The notes beneath the pieces are model-generated. The model was not told the DNA's origin. It did not search any database and saw nothing but the letters and a program-made list of their open reading frames with translations. The position numbers were made by a program, and so were the translations under genes. A DNA stretch of 59,501 bases from an uncultured Candidatus Saccharibacteria bacterium (GTDB lineage: Bacteria > Patescibacteriota > Minisyncoccia > Minisyncoccales > JANBVM01), in NCBI GenBank assembly GCA_964493485.1, contig CAZBMQ010000006.1, positions 12,081 to 71,581 of the forward strand, written 5' to 3'. Every line of letters begins with the position of its first letter. Positions within the stretch are counted from its first letter, which is position 1. This document shows, one piece after another, positions 10,472 to 18,788 of this stretch.

Positions 10472-10522
10472 ATTTTATCAATTCTAAATAGCTTTGTCAA
10501 ACCTTTGTATCTGGGGTAGAAT
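10472..10522. promoter_or_regulatory. Overlapping divergent sigma70-like promoters for rnpB (-) and murJ (+)
   Basis: Minus: TTGACA (10500-10495), 17 nt, TGn-TAAAAT (10477-10472), ending 5 nt before the rnpB 5' end. Plus: TTGTCA (10494-10499), 17 nt, TAGAAT (10517-10522). Confidence 0.7.
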
Positions 10523-10550
10523 AAATGGTAGAGTTTAAGATATTACCATA

Positions 10551-12206
10551 ATGAATTTTAATATTTTTTTAAACCATCAGACAAAAACAATAGGACAAGC
10601 CGGAGTTATCTTGGCAGTTTCAGCTTTAATCAGCAGATTTTTAGGAATTACAAGAGATTGGTTGTTGGCTAAGAGTTTTGGCGCAGGAGCTGATTTGGAT
10701 ATTTATTTTGCTGCTTTTAAGATACCAGACCTTGTATATAATATTTTGATTTTGGGAGGAGTGGTAGTAGCTTTTTTACCTTTATTTTCTGAATATTTTT
10801 CTAAAGACCCAAAAGAAGCTTGGGAGTTTTCTTCAAACTGCTTAAATGTGTTTTTGACTTTATTAATTTTGCTTAGTTTTTTTCTTTTTATTTTCACTCC
10901 CCTTTTAGTAAAACTAATTGCTCCGGGTTTTGATTTTGAAAAGATGCAGAAAACAATAATATTAACAAGGATAATGTTTTTAAGCCCTATATTTTTTGGT
11001 TTAAGCTCTATTTTTTCCGGGATTTTACAGCATTTTAATAGATTTTTAGTTTACAGCCTTTGCCCTATTTTATATAACATAGGAATAATCTTTGGTATTT
11101 TGTTTCTTTCTCCTGGTTTAGGAATTATAGGGGTTGCCCTTGGTGTGATATTGGGAGCTTTTATGCATTTTGCAATTCAAGTTCCTTCAGCTTTGAATTG
11201 CGGTTTTTTTTATAAGCCCATCTTGGATTTTAGAGATTCGAAGATAAAAAGAGTTTTTTTGTTAATGATTCCTAGAACATTTGGGGTTTCAGCTTCTCAA
11301 TTGAATTTAGTTTTCATCAATGCTATTGCTTCTACTTTGTCAGAGGGTTCTATTTCTATTTTTAATTTTGCTAATAATATTCAATATTTTCCTATAGGGA
11401 TTATTGGGGCTTCTTTTGCTATGGCAAGTTTTTCAGCTCTTTCCCGAAGTTGGGCTAAAAATGAAAAAGAAGAGTTTATCCACCACTTTTCTTTAGTGTT
11501 CCGGCAGATTCTTTATTTAATAATTCCAGTTAGTATTTTGATTTTTATTTTAAGAAATCAGATTGTGGAGATTATTCTACGACATGGTCAGTTTTCAAAT
11601 CAGGCAGCTTTACTTACTTCAGCCAGCCTAGGCTTGTTTTGTATAGGTATATTTGCTTCTTCTTTAATTCTTCTTTTCTTTCGTGCCTTCTTTGCTTTAA
11701 AAGATACAAAGACACCTACATTAATAGCAGTGATTTCTGTGGCATTGAATATCTTTTTGAGTTTTGTTTTTACTCAATCTTTAAAACCATCAGCAACATT
11801 AAAATGGCAGAAGATAATGCAAGCTTTATTAGTTAATGTATTTTCTCTAAAGGGAATTAATGATATTTCTGTCTTGGGCTTGTCTTTGGCTACTTCTGTT
11901 AGTGTGATTTTTCAATTTATTCTATTATTCATTTTTTTAAAAAAGAAAATAAGGGATTTAAAGATGAAAGAAATCTATAACTCCTTTTGTAAAATTTTTA
12001 TTGGAAGTATATTGATGATTATTACAATTTGTTTTATATTGGTTTTTATTAATTCCTCATTGTATCCCGACTTTTTAAAAGGGGCTTTTTGGGAGATATT
12101 ATTAGTAGGATTAATTGGGTTTTTGGTTTATTATTTTTCAACTGCTTTTGTATTACATTCACCTGAGACAATTGCTGTAAAGTCTTTGTTTATAAAAAAT
12201 AAATAA
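10551..12206 (+). CDS. murJ: Lipid II flippase MurJ (MviN)
   Basis: SRFLGITRD, DIYFAAFKIPD, N-ANNIQYFP.GI and RAFFALKDTKTP motifs; about 14 TM. Confidence 0.95.
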   Translation: MNFNIFLNHQTKTIGQAGVILAVSALISRFLGITRDWLLAKSFGAGADLDIYFAAFKIPDLVYNILILGGVVVAFLPLFSEYFSKDPKEAWEFSSNCLNVFLTLLILLSFFLFIFTPLLVKLIAPGFDFEKMQKTIILTRIMFLSPIFFGLSSIFSGILQHFNRFLVYSLCPILYNIGIIFGILFLSPGLGIIGVALGVILGAFMHFAIQVPSALNCGFFYKPILDFRDSKIKRVFLLMIPRTFGVSASQLNLVFINAIASTLSEGSISIFNFANNIQYFPIGIIGASFAMASFSALSRSWAKNEKEEFIHHFSLVFRQILYLIIPVSILIFILRNQIVEIILRHGQFSNQAALLTSASLGLFCIGIFASSLILLFFRAFFALKDTKTPTLIAVISVALNIFLSFVFTQSLKPSATLKWQKIMQALLVNVFSLKGINDISVLGLSLATSVSVIFQFILLFIFLKKKIRDLKMKEIYNSFCKIFIGSILMIITICFILVFINSSLYPDFLKGAFWEILLVGLIGFLVYYFSTAFVLHSPETIAVKSLFIKNK

Positions 12207-12208
12207 AA

Positions 12209-14080
12209 ATGAAAAATATCAGGAATTTTATAATCTTCAGCCATATCGACCACGGAAAATCTACCTTAGCGGATAGATTTTTAGAATTAACAAACACTAT
12301 TCCTAAAGAAAAGATGCGTTCTCAGTTTTTGGATATGATGGATTTAGAAAGAGAAAAAGGAATTACTATAAAAATGCAACCTTGCCGGATGATATACCAT
12401 CTTAAAGTTCGAAATTCTAACCCTGGAATTTTAGATAAATCTGAGATCCAAAACTTGAAACAATTTACTGATTCAGATTTGGGATTATCAAGTTCAGAAT
12501 TTATTCTGAATTTGATAGATACTCCAGGCCATGTAGATTTTAATTATGAGGTTTCAAGAAGCTTAGCTGCAGTAGAAGGAGGAATCTTATTAGTAGATGC
12601 CACAAAAGGAGTGCAGGCTCAGACTCTGGCTAATTTAGATTTAGCTGAGAAAGAAAAATTGGTAATAATACCAGCTGTGAATAAAATTGATTTACCACAC
12701 GCTAGAATTGAAGAAACAAAAGCTGAGATAGCAGAGCTGTTAAAGGTTTCAAAAGATGAGATTTTTGCAATTTCAGCAAAGAACGGAACAAATGTACAAA
12801 GTCTTCTGGAGGAAGTAATAAGAAAGATTCCCCCTCCTAAAGGAGATGATAACAAACCCTTAAGAGCTTTGGTTTTCGACTCAAAATACGATGCTTTTAA
12901 AGGAGTAATTATATATGTAAGGCTGTTTGATGGAAGAGTAAGGGCTGCAGACATGATTTATTTAATGCAAGCTGGCATTGAAACAAAGATAAAAGAGGTG
13001 GGATATTTTGCTCCTACCCTGAACCAATGTCAGGAGCTAAAGGCAGGAGAAATAGGATATATAGCTACAGGTATTAAAGAGCCTTCAAAGATAAGGGTAG
13101 GAGAAACAATTACATTTACTAGAACAAAGGACATGGTTAAACCTCTCTCTGGCTACAAGACTCCAAAACCAATGGTTTTTGCTTCAATTTATCCTGAGAA
13201 TCCTGATGATTTTGATCTTTTGAAAGATGCTTTAAATAAACTAAAACTTAATGACGCTTCTTTGATATTTGAAAGAGAAACAAAAGAATTCTTAGGTAGA
13301 GGTTTCAAATGTGGTTTTTTAGGTTCTTTGCACGCTGAGATAGTTTGTGAAAGACTGAAAAGAGAATTTGGGTTAAATTTAATAATCTCCACCCCATCTG
13401 TAATTTATAAGGTAATTGATAAAAAAGATAGAGAAGACTTAATTTTTTCTGCTTCTGACTGGCCAGATATGAGCTATATCAAAGAGGTAAGAGAACCTTG
13501 GGTCAGATTAGAGATTATAACCCCAGTTGATTATTTGGGTGGAGTATTAGATCTTTTGAAACAGCAGGAAGCAAAACATATTGAAGATAAATACTTAACC
13601 CAAGAAAGATTGTTATTGGTTTATGAGGCTCCTTTAAGAAAGATAATTGTTGGTTTTTTTGACAAGCTTAAAGGAATAAGCCAGGGATTTGCATCAATGA
13701 ATTATGAGTTTTTAGGATACAGAACAGGTGATTTAGTGAAGCTTGATATTTTAATTGCAGGCAGAAAAGAAGATGCTTTTTCAAAAATTGTAGACAGAAA
13801 AGAAGCGTTTAAAGAAGGAAAGAAAATTGTTACAAAACTTAAAGAGATATTACCAGCTCAACTTTTTTCAGTACCAATTCAAGCTGCAATTTCCGGGAAG
13901 ATTATAGCAAGAGAGACAATAAAGGCAAGAAGAAGAGATGTAACAGCTCCTCTTTATGGAGGAGATGTGACAAGAAAAATGAAGTTATTAGAGAGACAGA
14001 AAAGAGGCAAGAAAAAGCTGAAAGAAAAAGGAAGGGTTGTTATTCCTTCCAAGGTATTTTTGGAAATGTTTAAAAGTTGA
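12209..14080 (+). CDS. lepA: Elongation factor 4 (LepA) with an insertion of about 25-30 aa in the G domain
   Basis: SHIDHGKSTLADR, NLIDTPGHVDF, NKID, GFLGSLH and GGDVTRKMKLLERQK. Confidence 0.97.
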   Translation: MKNIRNFIIFSHIDHGKSTLADRFLELTNTIPKEKMRSQFLDMMDLEREKGITIKMQPCRMIYHLKVRNSNPGILDKSEIQNLKQFTDSDLGLSSSEFILNLIDTPGHVDFNYEVSRSLAAVEGGILLVDATKGVQAQTLANLDLAEKEKLVIIPAVNKIDLPHARIEETKAEIAELLKVSKDEIFAISAKNGTNVQSLLEEVIRKIPPPKGDDNKPLRALVFDSKYDAFKGVIIYVRLFDGRVRAADMIYLMQAGIETKIKEVGYFAPTLNQCQELKAGEIGYIATGIKEPSKIRVGETITFTRTKDMVKPLSGYKTPKPMVFASIYPENPDDFDLLKDALNKLKLNDASLIFERETKEFLGRGFKCGFLGSLHAEIVCERLKREFGLNLIISTPSVIYKVIDKKDREDLIFSASDWPDMSYIKEVREPWVRLEIITPVDYLGGVLDLLKQQEAKHIEDKYLTQERLLLVYEAPLRKIIVGFFDKLKGISQGFASMNYEFLGYRTGDLVKLDILIAGRKEDAFSKIVDRKEAFKEGKKIVTKLKEILPAQLFSVPIQAAISGKIIARETIKARRRDVTAPLYGGDVTRKMKLLERQKRGKKKLKEKGRVVIPSKVFLEMFKS

Positions 14081-14217
14081 AAATTAATAAAAACTTTATT
14101 ACCATCTAAACATAGGAAGTATCATAAGGGTGATTGTGCTGAAAATCACAATACAAACAAGAATAATCCATATAGCTCGAGATATTTTTTTCACTACAGT
14201 TTTCTTCATATAGATAT

Positions 14218-14628
14218 ATGGTAGCAAAAGTTAAAAAATATAAAAAGATTAGACTGAAAAGCGATGTAATTTTCCAAGCTATATTCTTGGGTGTCACCCT
14301 ATTTTTAATTATAATTTTAATAGTTTCTAATTTCAAAATCAGCAAGAAGAGAGCTGCGTTGATGAAGAGGATAGAGTCTTTAAAAGAAGAGATTCAAGAG
14401 TTAGAGCAAGAAAAACAAAAATTAGAGGCAGGAATTTCTCAGACAGGGAAAGAAAGTCATTGGGAGGAAAAGATGAGGGAGCAAGGTTACATCAAAGAAG
14501 GAGAAAATCCTGTGGTGGTGATACCACCTGCAGAAACTCAGAAAGAGGAGATCCCGAAAGAACAAAACTTTTCTCAAAAGCTATTAGATAAAATCAAAGA
14601 TTTATTTGCGAGAGTAATTCAGTGGTAG
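14218..14628 (+). CDS. Septum formation initiator (FtsB/DivIC-like)
   Basis: Short basic N-term, one TM, coiled coil, EEKMREQGYIKEGE motif; last 21 nt lie inside tRNA-Gly. Confidence 0.7.
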   Translation: MVAKVKKYKKIRLKSDVIFQAIFLGVTLFLIIILIVSNFKISKKRAALMKRIESLKEEIQELEQEKQKLEAGISQTGKESHWEEKMREQGYIKEGENPVVVIPPAETQKEEIPKEQNFSQKLLDKIKDLFARVIQW

Positions 14629-14679
14629 AATGCATCCTTCCCAAGGATGACGTCGCGGGTTCGAATCCCGTCTCTCGCT
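14608..14679 (+). tRNA. tRNA-Gly (CCC), CCA not encoded
   Basis: Full cloverleaf: GCGAGAG/CTCTCGC acceptor, CATCC-TTCCCAA-GGATG anticodon arm, TTCGAAT T-loop. Confidence 0.95.
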
Positions 14680-14728
14680 CAGAGATAATCATTAATTTCT
14701 TGATAAAACTTGTTCAATAATTTGTCTT

Positions 14729-14800
14729 GCCGAGGTAGCTCAATGGTAGAGCAACGGTGTCGTAAACCGTTGGTTGGAGGTTCAAATCCTCTCCTCGGCT
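14729..14800 (+). tRNA. tRNA-Thr (CGT), CCA not encoded
   Basis: GCCGAGG/CCTCGGC acceptor; ACGGT-GTCGTAA-ACCGT anticodon arm. Confidence 0.93.
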
Positions 14801-14888
14801 CATATGTGTTCTTTTAGAACACTTTAATTTTTATAGGTTTTATTATATAATCGGGTATAATCGGGTTAGAATAAAAAGCGAGAGTGAA

Positions 14889-15963
14889 ATGGAGAAAACA
14901 GAAGATATTTTTGAAAAGAAAGAAGAATTGAAAAGAAAACTCCTCAATCTTGAGGACTGTCTTTGACATTGAAAAAAAGAAGGAAAGGGTCAAGGAGTTA
15001 GAAAAAAAGATGCAGAATCCTGGATTTTGGCAGAACAAAGAAAAGGCGGTTGCTTTTTCTCGGGAGTTTAATTATTTAAAGGAACAAATAGAGAATATTG
15101 AAAAGTTAAAAAAGAGAATAGAGAACATAAAGGGTCAAAAGGAAATTAATGAATTAGAGAAAGAAATAAGAAAAAGAGAGATAGAGATATTTTTTGCTGG
15201 TAAATATGATAATGGAGATGCCATTTTATCGATTCATGCAGGAGCTGGGGGTCAAGATGCTCAGGACTGGGCAACTATGTTGTTGAGAATGTATGAGAGA
15301 TATTGTCAGAAAAAAGGCTTTGAGACCAATATTTTACATCAGTCGTTCGGAGAAGGAGGGGGTCCTGAAGGAAGAATCGGAACAAAATCTGTAACTTTAG
15401 AGATTAAAGGCTCATTTGCTTTTGGTTTTTTGAAAAAAGAAAACGGGGTTCATAGATTAGTCAGAATCTCTCCTTTTTCGCCCAAAAAGCTGCGTCACAC
15501 CTCATTCGCTTTGGTAGAGGTAATGCCGAAGATTCAGGATTTATCCCAAGAAGACATTGAGGTAAATCCAGAAGATTTAAAGATTGAATTTTTTAGAGCT
15601 TCGGGGCCTGGAGGTCAATATGTTAATAAAAGAGAAACAGCTGTAAGAATAACACATATACCTACAGGGATTGCAGCTTCTTGTCAGTCAGAGAGGTCCC
15701 AAGCTCAAAATAGAAAAAAGGCAATGGAATTGCTGTATTCTAGGCTTTACAGCTTTTACCAAAAGGAACAGAAAAAAGAGATTTCAAAGATAAAAGGAAA
15801 AAAGGTATCAGCCAGCTGGGGAAATCAAATAAGAAGTTATGTATTACATCCTTATAAGCTGGTGAAAGACCTGAGAACAGGAGTTGAAGAGGGAGATATC
15901 GAAAAGGTGTTAGATGGAGAAATAGATAAATTTATTGAAGCTGAAATTAGACATAATGATTAA
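14889..15963 (+). CDS. prfB: Peptide chain release factor 2 with programmed +1 frameshift (about 357 aa)
   Basis: 25-codon first ORF ending CTT TGA C (14961-14967); the +1 frame carries SPF (RISPFS) and GGQ motifs. Confidence 0.96.
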
Positions 15964-16654
15964 ATTTGAAAACGTTACTAAAATTTATCCTTCAAATAAG
16001 CCTGGTTCTGAGGATACAATAGCATTAGAGAATATTTCCTTTGAAGTAAAGCCAAAGGAGTTTGTTTCAATTGTTGGAAAATCGGGTGCGGGGAAAACAA
16101 CTTTATTGAAGCTTCTTTTGGCTGAAGAAAAACCAACTTCGGGAACAATTTTTTTTGAAGGACAGGATATCAACCAGATATTACCTGAGGATTTACCTAA
16201 TCTACGGAGAAAGATAGGAGTGGTTTTTCAAGATTATAGGTTGCTTCCTTCAAAAACTGCTTATGAAAATATTGCTTATGCTATGGAAGTGATAGGAGCT
16301 TCGGACGAGGAGATTGCAAGAGATGTCCCAAAGGTGTTAGAAATTGTTGGTTTAGATGAAAAAGCCCATAATTTTCCCGCTGAATTATCAGGAGGGGAAA
16401 AACAAAGGGTTGCTATAGCAAGAGCATTGGTTCATAGACCAGATGTGATTTTGGCTGATGAGCCTACAGGTAATCTTGATCCATATCATACTATTGGGAT
16501 AATTGATCTTTTGTTAAAGATACAAGAGATGGGGACAACTATTATATTGGCTACACATGATAAAGATGTTGTTAATAGATTAGGCAAGAGAGTGATTACT
16601 TTAGAAAATGGCAGAATAATAAGAGACGATGAAAGAGGAAGGTTTGTTCTATAA
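15956..16654 (+). CDS. ftsE: Cell division ABC ATPase FtsE
   Basis: GKSGAGKTT, VVFQDYRLL, LSGGEKQRV, DEPTGNLD, ATHD; start moved to ATG 15956; adjacent to ftsX. Confidence 0.92.
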   Translation: MIKFENVTKIYPSNKPGSEDTIALENISFEVKPKEFVSIVGKSGAGKTTLLKLLLAEEKPTSGTIFFEGQDINQILPEDLPNLRRKIGVVFQDYRLLPSKTAYENIAYAMEVIGASDEEIARDVPKVLEIVGLDEKAHNFPAELSGGEKQRVAIARALVHRPDVILADEPTGNLDPYHTIGIIDLLLKIQEMGTTIILATHDKDVVNRLGKRVITLENGRIIRDDERGRFVL

Positions 16655-16660
16655 CAAGAA

Positions 16661-16698
16661 TCATATAAGTCATATAAAATCATATAAAATAAGTCATT
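16661..16698. repeat. Short tandem repeat TCATATAA(G/AA) x3
   Basis: tcatataag-tcatataaaa-tcatataaaa-taagtcat in the ftsE-ftsX spacer. Confidence 0.7.
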
Positions 16699-16711
16699 AA
16701 GACAAACAAAT

Positions 16712-17620
16712 ATGTTTACATTGTTAAGGAGAATAATAAGATCAGGATGGCAGAGTTTTCGACGTGATGGAGAAATCGCAGTAGCAACTATTTTTGTTCT
16801 TTTCTTGGCAGTAATGTTGGTTAGCGTTCTTTATCTTTTTAGAGATGTTGCCCATTCTTTGGTTGAAAATATCCAGGAAAGAATTGATATCTCTGTTTAT
16901 TTTAAAGAGGATGTAGCAGAGGCAGATATATTAGAGATAAAAAAAGAAATCTTTAGGTTTCCTGAAGTAAAAGAAGTAGAATATGTCTCTAAAGATCAGG
17001 CTTTGGAAGATTTTATTGTAAGGCATGAGCAGGATTCTATTTTGTTGGAGTCAATTGAGGAAGTAGGGAGAAATCCTTTTCTTGCTTCTTTGAATATAAA
17101 AGCTTGGGATCCCAGTCAGTACGAAAAAGTATCTGAATTTTTGAAGAATCCAGAATTTGAAGATGTGATTGAGAAGATTGATTATTATCAAAGGAAACTG
17201 ATTATTGAAAGAATATGTTCACTTAATTCTATAATATCTAAAACAGGCATGATTTTATCCGTTATTTTAATAGCAGTAGCTGTTGCAGTAACCTTTAACA
17301 CAATCAGATTATCTATCTACAACTCAAGGAAAGAGATTAAAGTGCAGAGACTTGTTGGGGCTTCTAACTGGTTTATTCGAGGACCATTTATAGTGCAGGG
17401 GATAATCTGCGGACTTTTAGCAGCGTTGATTTCTCTTTTACTTTTGACTTTGACTTGTAAGTTTGTTAGTACGAAAACTGAAAATTTCTTTTTTGATTTA
17501 GATGTTTATTCTTTATTTATCAAGAATTTTTGGACTATTGTGACAATTCAGATAATTACTGGTATTGGACTTGGTATAGTTTCAAGCAGTATTGCTATTC
17601 GGAAATATTTAAAGATTTAA
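16712..17620 (+). CDS. ftsX: Cell division permease FtsX
   Basis: Four-TM FtsX topology; VEYVSKDQAL, NTIRLSIY, LVGASNWFIRGPF. Confidence 0.93.
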   Translation: MFTLLRRIIRSGWQSFRRDGEIAVATIFVLFLAVMLVSVLYLFRDVAHSLVENIQERIDISVYFKEDVAEADILEIKKEIFRFPEVKEVEYVSKDQALEDFIVRHEQDSILLESIEEVGRNPFLASLNIKAWDPSQYEKVSEFLKNPEFEDVIEKIDYYQRKLIIERICSLNSIISKTGMILSVILIAVAVAVTFNTIRLSIYNSRKEIKVQRLVGASNWFIRGPFIVQGIICGLLAALISLLLLTLTCKFVSTKTENFFFDLDVYSLFIKNFWTIVTIQIITGIGLGIVSSSIAIRKYLKI

Positions 17621-17632
17621 AATCTTTAAAAT

Positions 17633-17706
17633 TGCGGGGTCGTCTAATGGTAGGACGCTAGGTTCTGGCCCTGGTAATCTAGGTTCGAGTCCTAGCCCCG
17701 CAGCCA
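17633..17706 (+). tRNA. tRNA-Gln (CTG), CCA encoded
   Basis: TGCGGGG/CCCCGCA acceptor, CTAGG-TTCTGGC-CCTGG anticodon arm, G73 then CCA. Confidence 0.93.
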
Positions 17707-17820
17707 GGTAGGATGTTTTGGAGAATTTGCTAAAAGATAGAGAAATTGCAAAGAAAAATTATAAAATAGCAGTTAAGATTGCACTTGATACTTTAGTGGA
17801 GTTATAAATTATAGAATTAT

Positions 17821-17851
17821 AAAATAGCTCAAGAGTTTTGAGTTATTTTTT
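17821..17851 (+). terminator. Intrinsic terminator downstream of tRNA-Gln
   Basis: AAAATAGCTCAA / TTGAGTTATTTT stem followed by T residues. Confidence 0.6.
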
Positions 17852-18140
17852 ATTTTTTCACAAAATTCATTAGCAAAAGGTTTTTCAAAGGTTTCTGACA
17901 TTATATATCCAAGAAAGCTCTGAAATTTGAAAGATATTCTAATTTGAAGACAACTTTTTAATTATATTGATATTTTTTGACTTTTAAATTCAATACAGAC
18001 ACGAAAGAGATGTTAAGTCTTATATTGTTATTAAAAATGATTGTGCTGGCAAAAAAGAAAATAGTTAATATTTAGCCAGAGTTTAATATTTTTGATAAAA
18101 TAATATTAGAAGAGATTTATTACTTAATACAAAAAATAAT

Positions 18141-18740
18141 ATGAAGGAAGAAGATTTAGAAAAAATATTTGAGAGAATTAAAAAGATTAAAGGAGAAACA
18201 AGAGGATTGTCTTTTAAGATTGTTGAAAAATTTATAGAAAAAGAAGAAGGAAAAGAAGGAGTAAAAAAGGTGGAAGAAGAGATGGTAAAGCTAGGGTATC
18301 CAATTTCTTTTGAAAAAATCCACCCAATGAATTTTTATCCTTTAAGATCGCTTGCTATTCTTTTTTATTGTCTAAAAAAATTATTCAATTATAACGAAAA
18401 AAAGGTGAGGGAGATAGGCGCTTTCAGGGCTAGGAGTTCTTTTTTTGTAAGACTTTATCTTACTTATTTTGGTTCTATTGAGAAAATTGTGAAAGATATT
18501 AAAAAAATCTGGAGAAAAGCTGTAACAATAGGGGATGTTAAGGTTTTAGAATATGATAAAGAGAAGAAATCTCTTATTTTTAGATTAGAAAATTATGACC
18601 TACACCCTTTTCAGTGTCAATATTTTATAGGACTTATCTCAGCCTTCTTAGAGATAATTGTAAAATCAAAGGTAAGCTGTGAAGAGATAAAATGTACTTT
18701 TAGAGGAGATGATGCCCATGAATTTTTAATAAAATGGTAG
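18141..18740 (+). CDS. V4R-like (H-NOX/V4R-fold) domain protein
   Basis: C-terminal C..YF.G...F...C.E.KC.FRG...HEF pattern typical of V4R domains. Confidence 0.6.
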   Translation: MKEEDLEKIFERIKKIKGETRGLSFKIVEKFIEKEEGKEGVKKVEEEMVKLGYPISFEKIHPMNFYPLRSLAILFYCLKKLFNYNEKKVREIGAFRARSSFFVRLYLTYFGSIEKIVKDIKKIWRKAVTIGDVKVLEYDKEKKSLIFRLENYDLHPFQCQYFIGLISAFLEIIVKSKVSCEEIKCTFRGDDAHEFLIKW

Positions 18741-18753
18741 AGTAAAATTTTAA

Positions 18754-18782
18754 TTGACCTCTCTGGTTTAAAGTTTTATACT
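18754..18782 (+). promoter_or_regulatory. Sigma70-like promoter of ftsZ, probably leaderless
   Basis: TTGACC, 17 nt, TATACT; ATG begins 7 nt after the -10 box. Confidence 0.65.
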
Positions 18783-18788
18783 TAAAAA

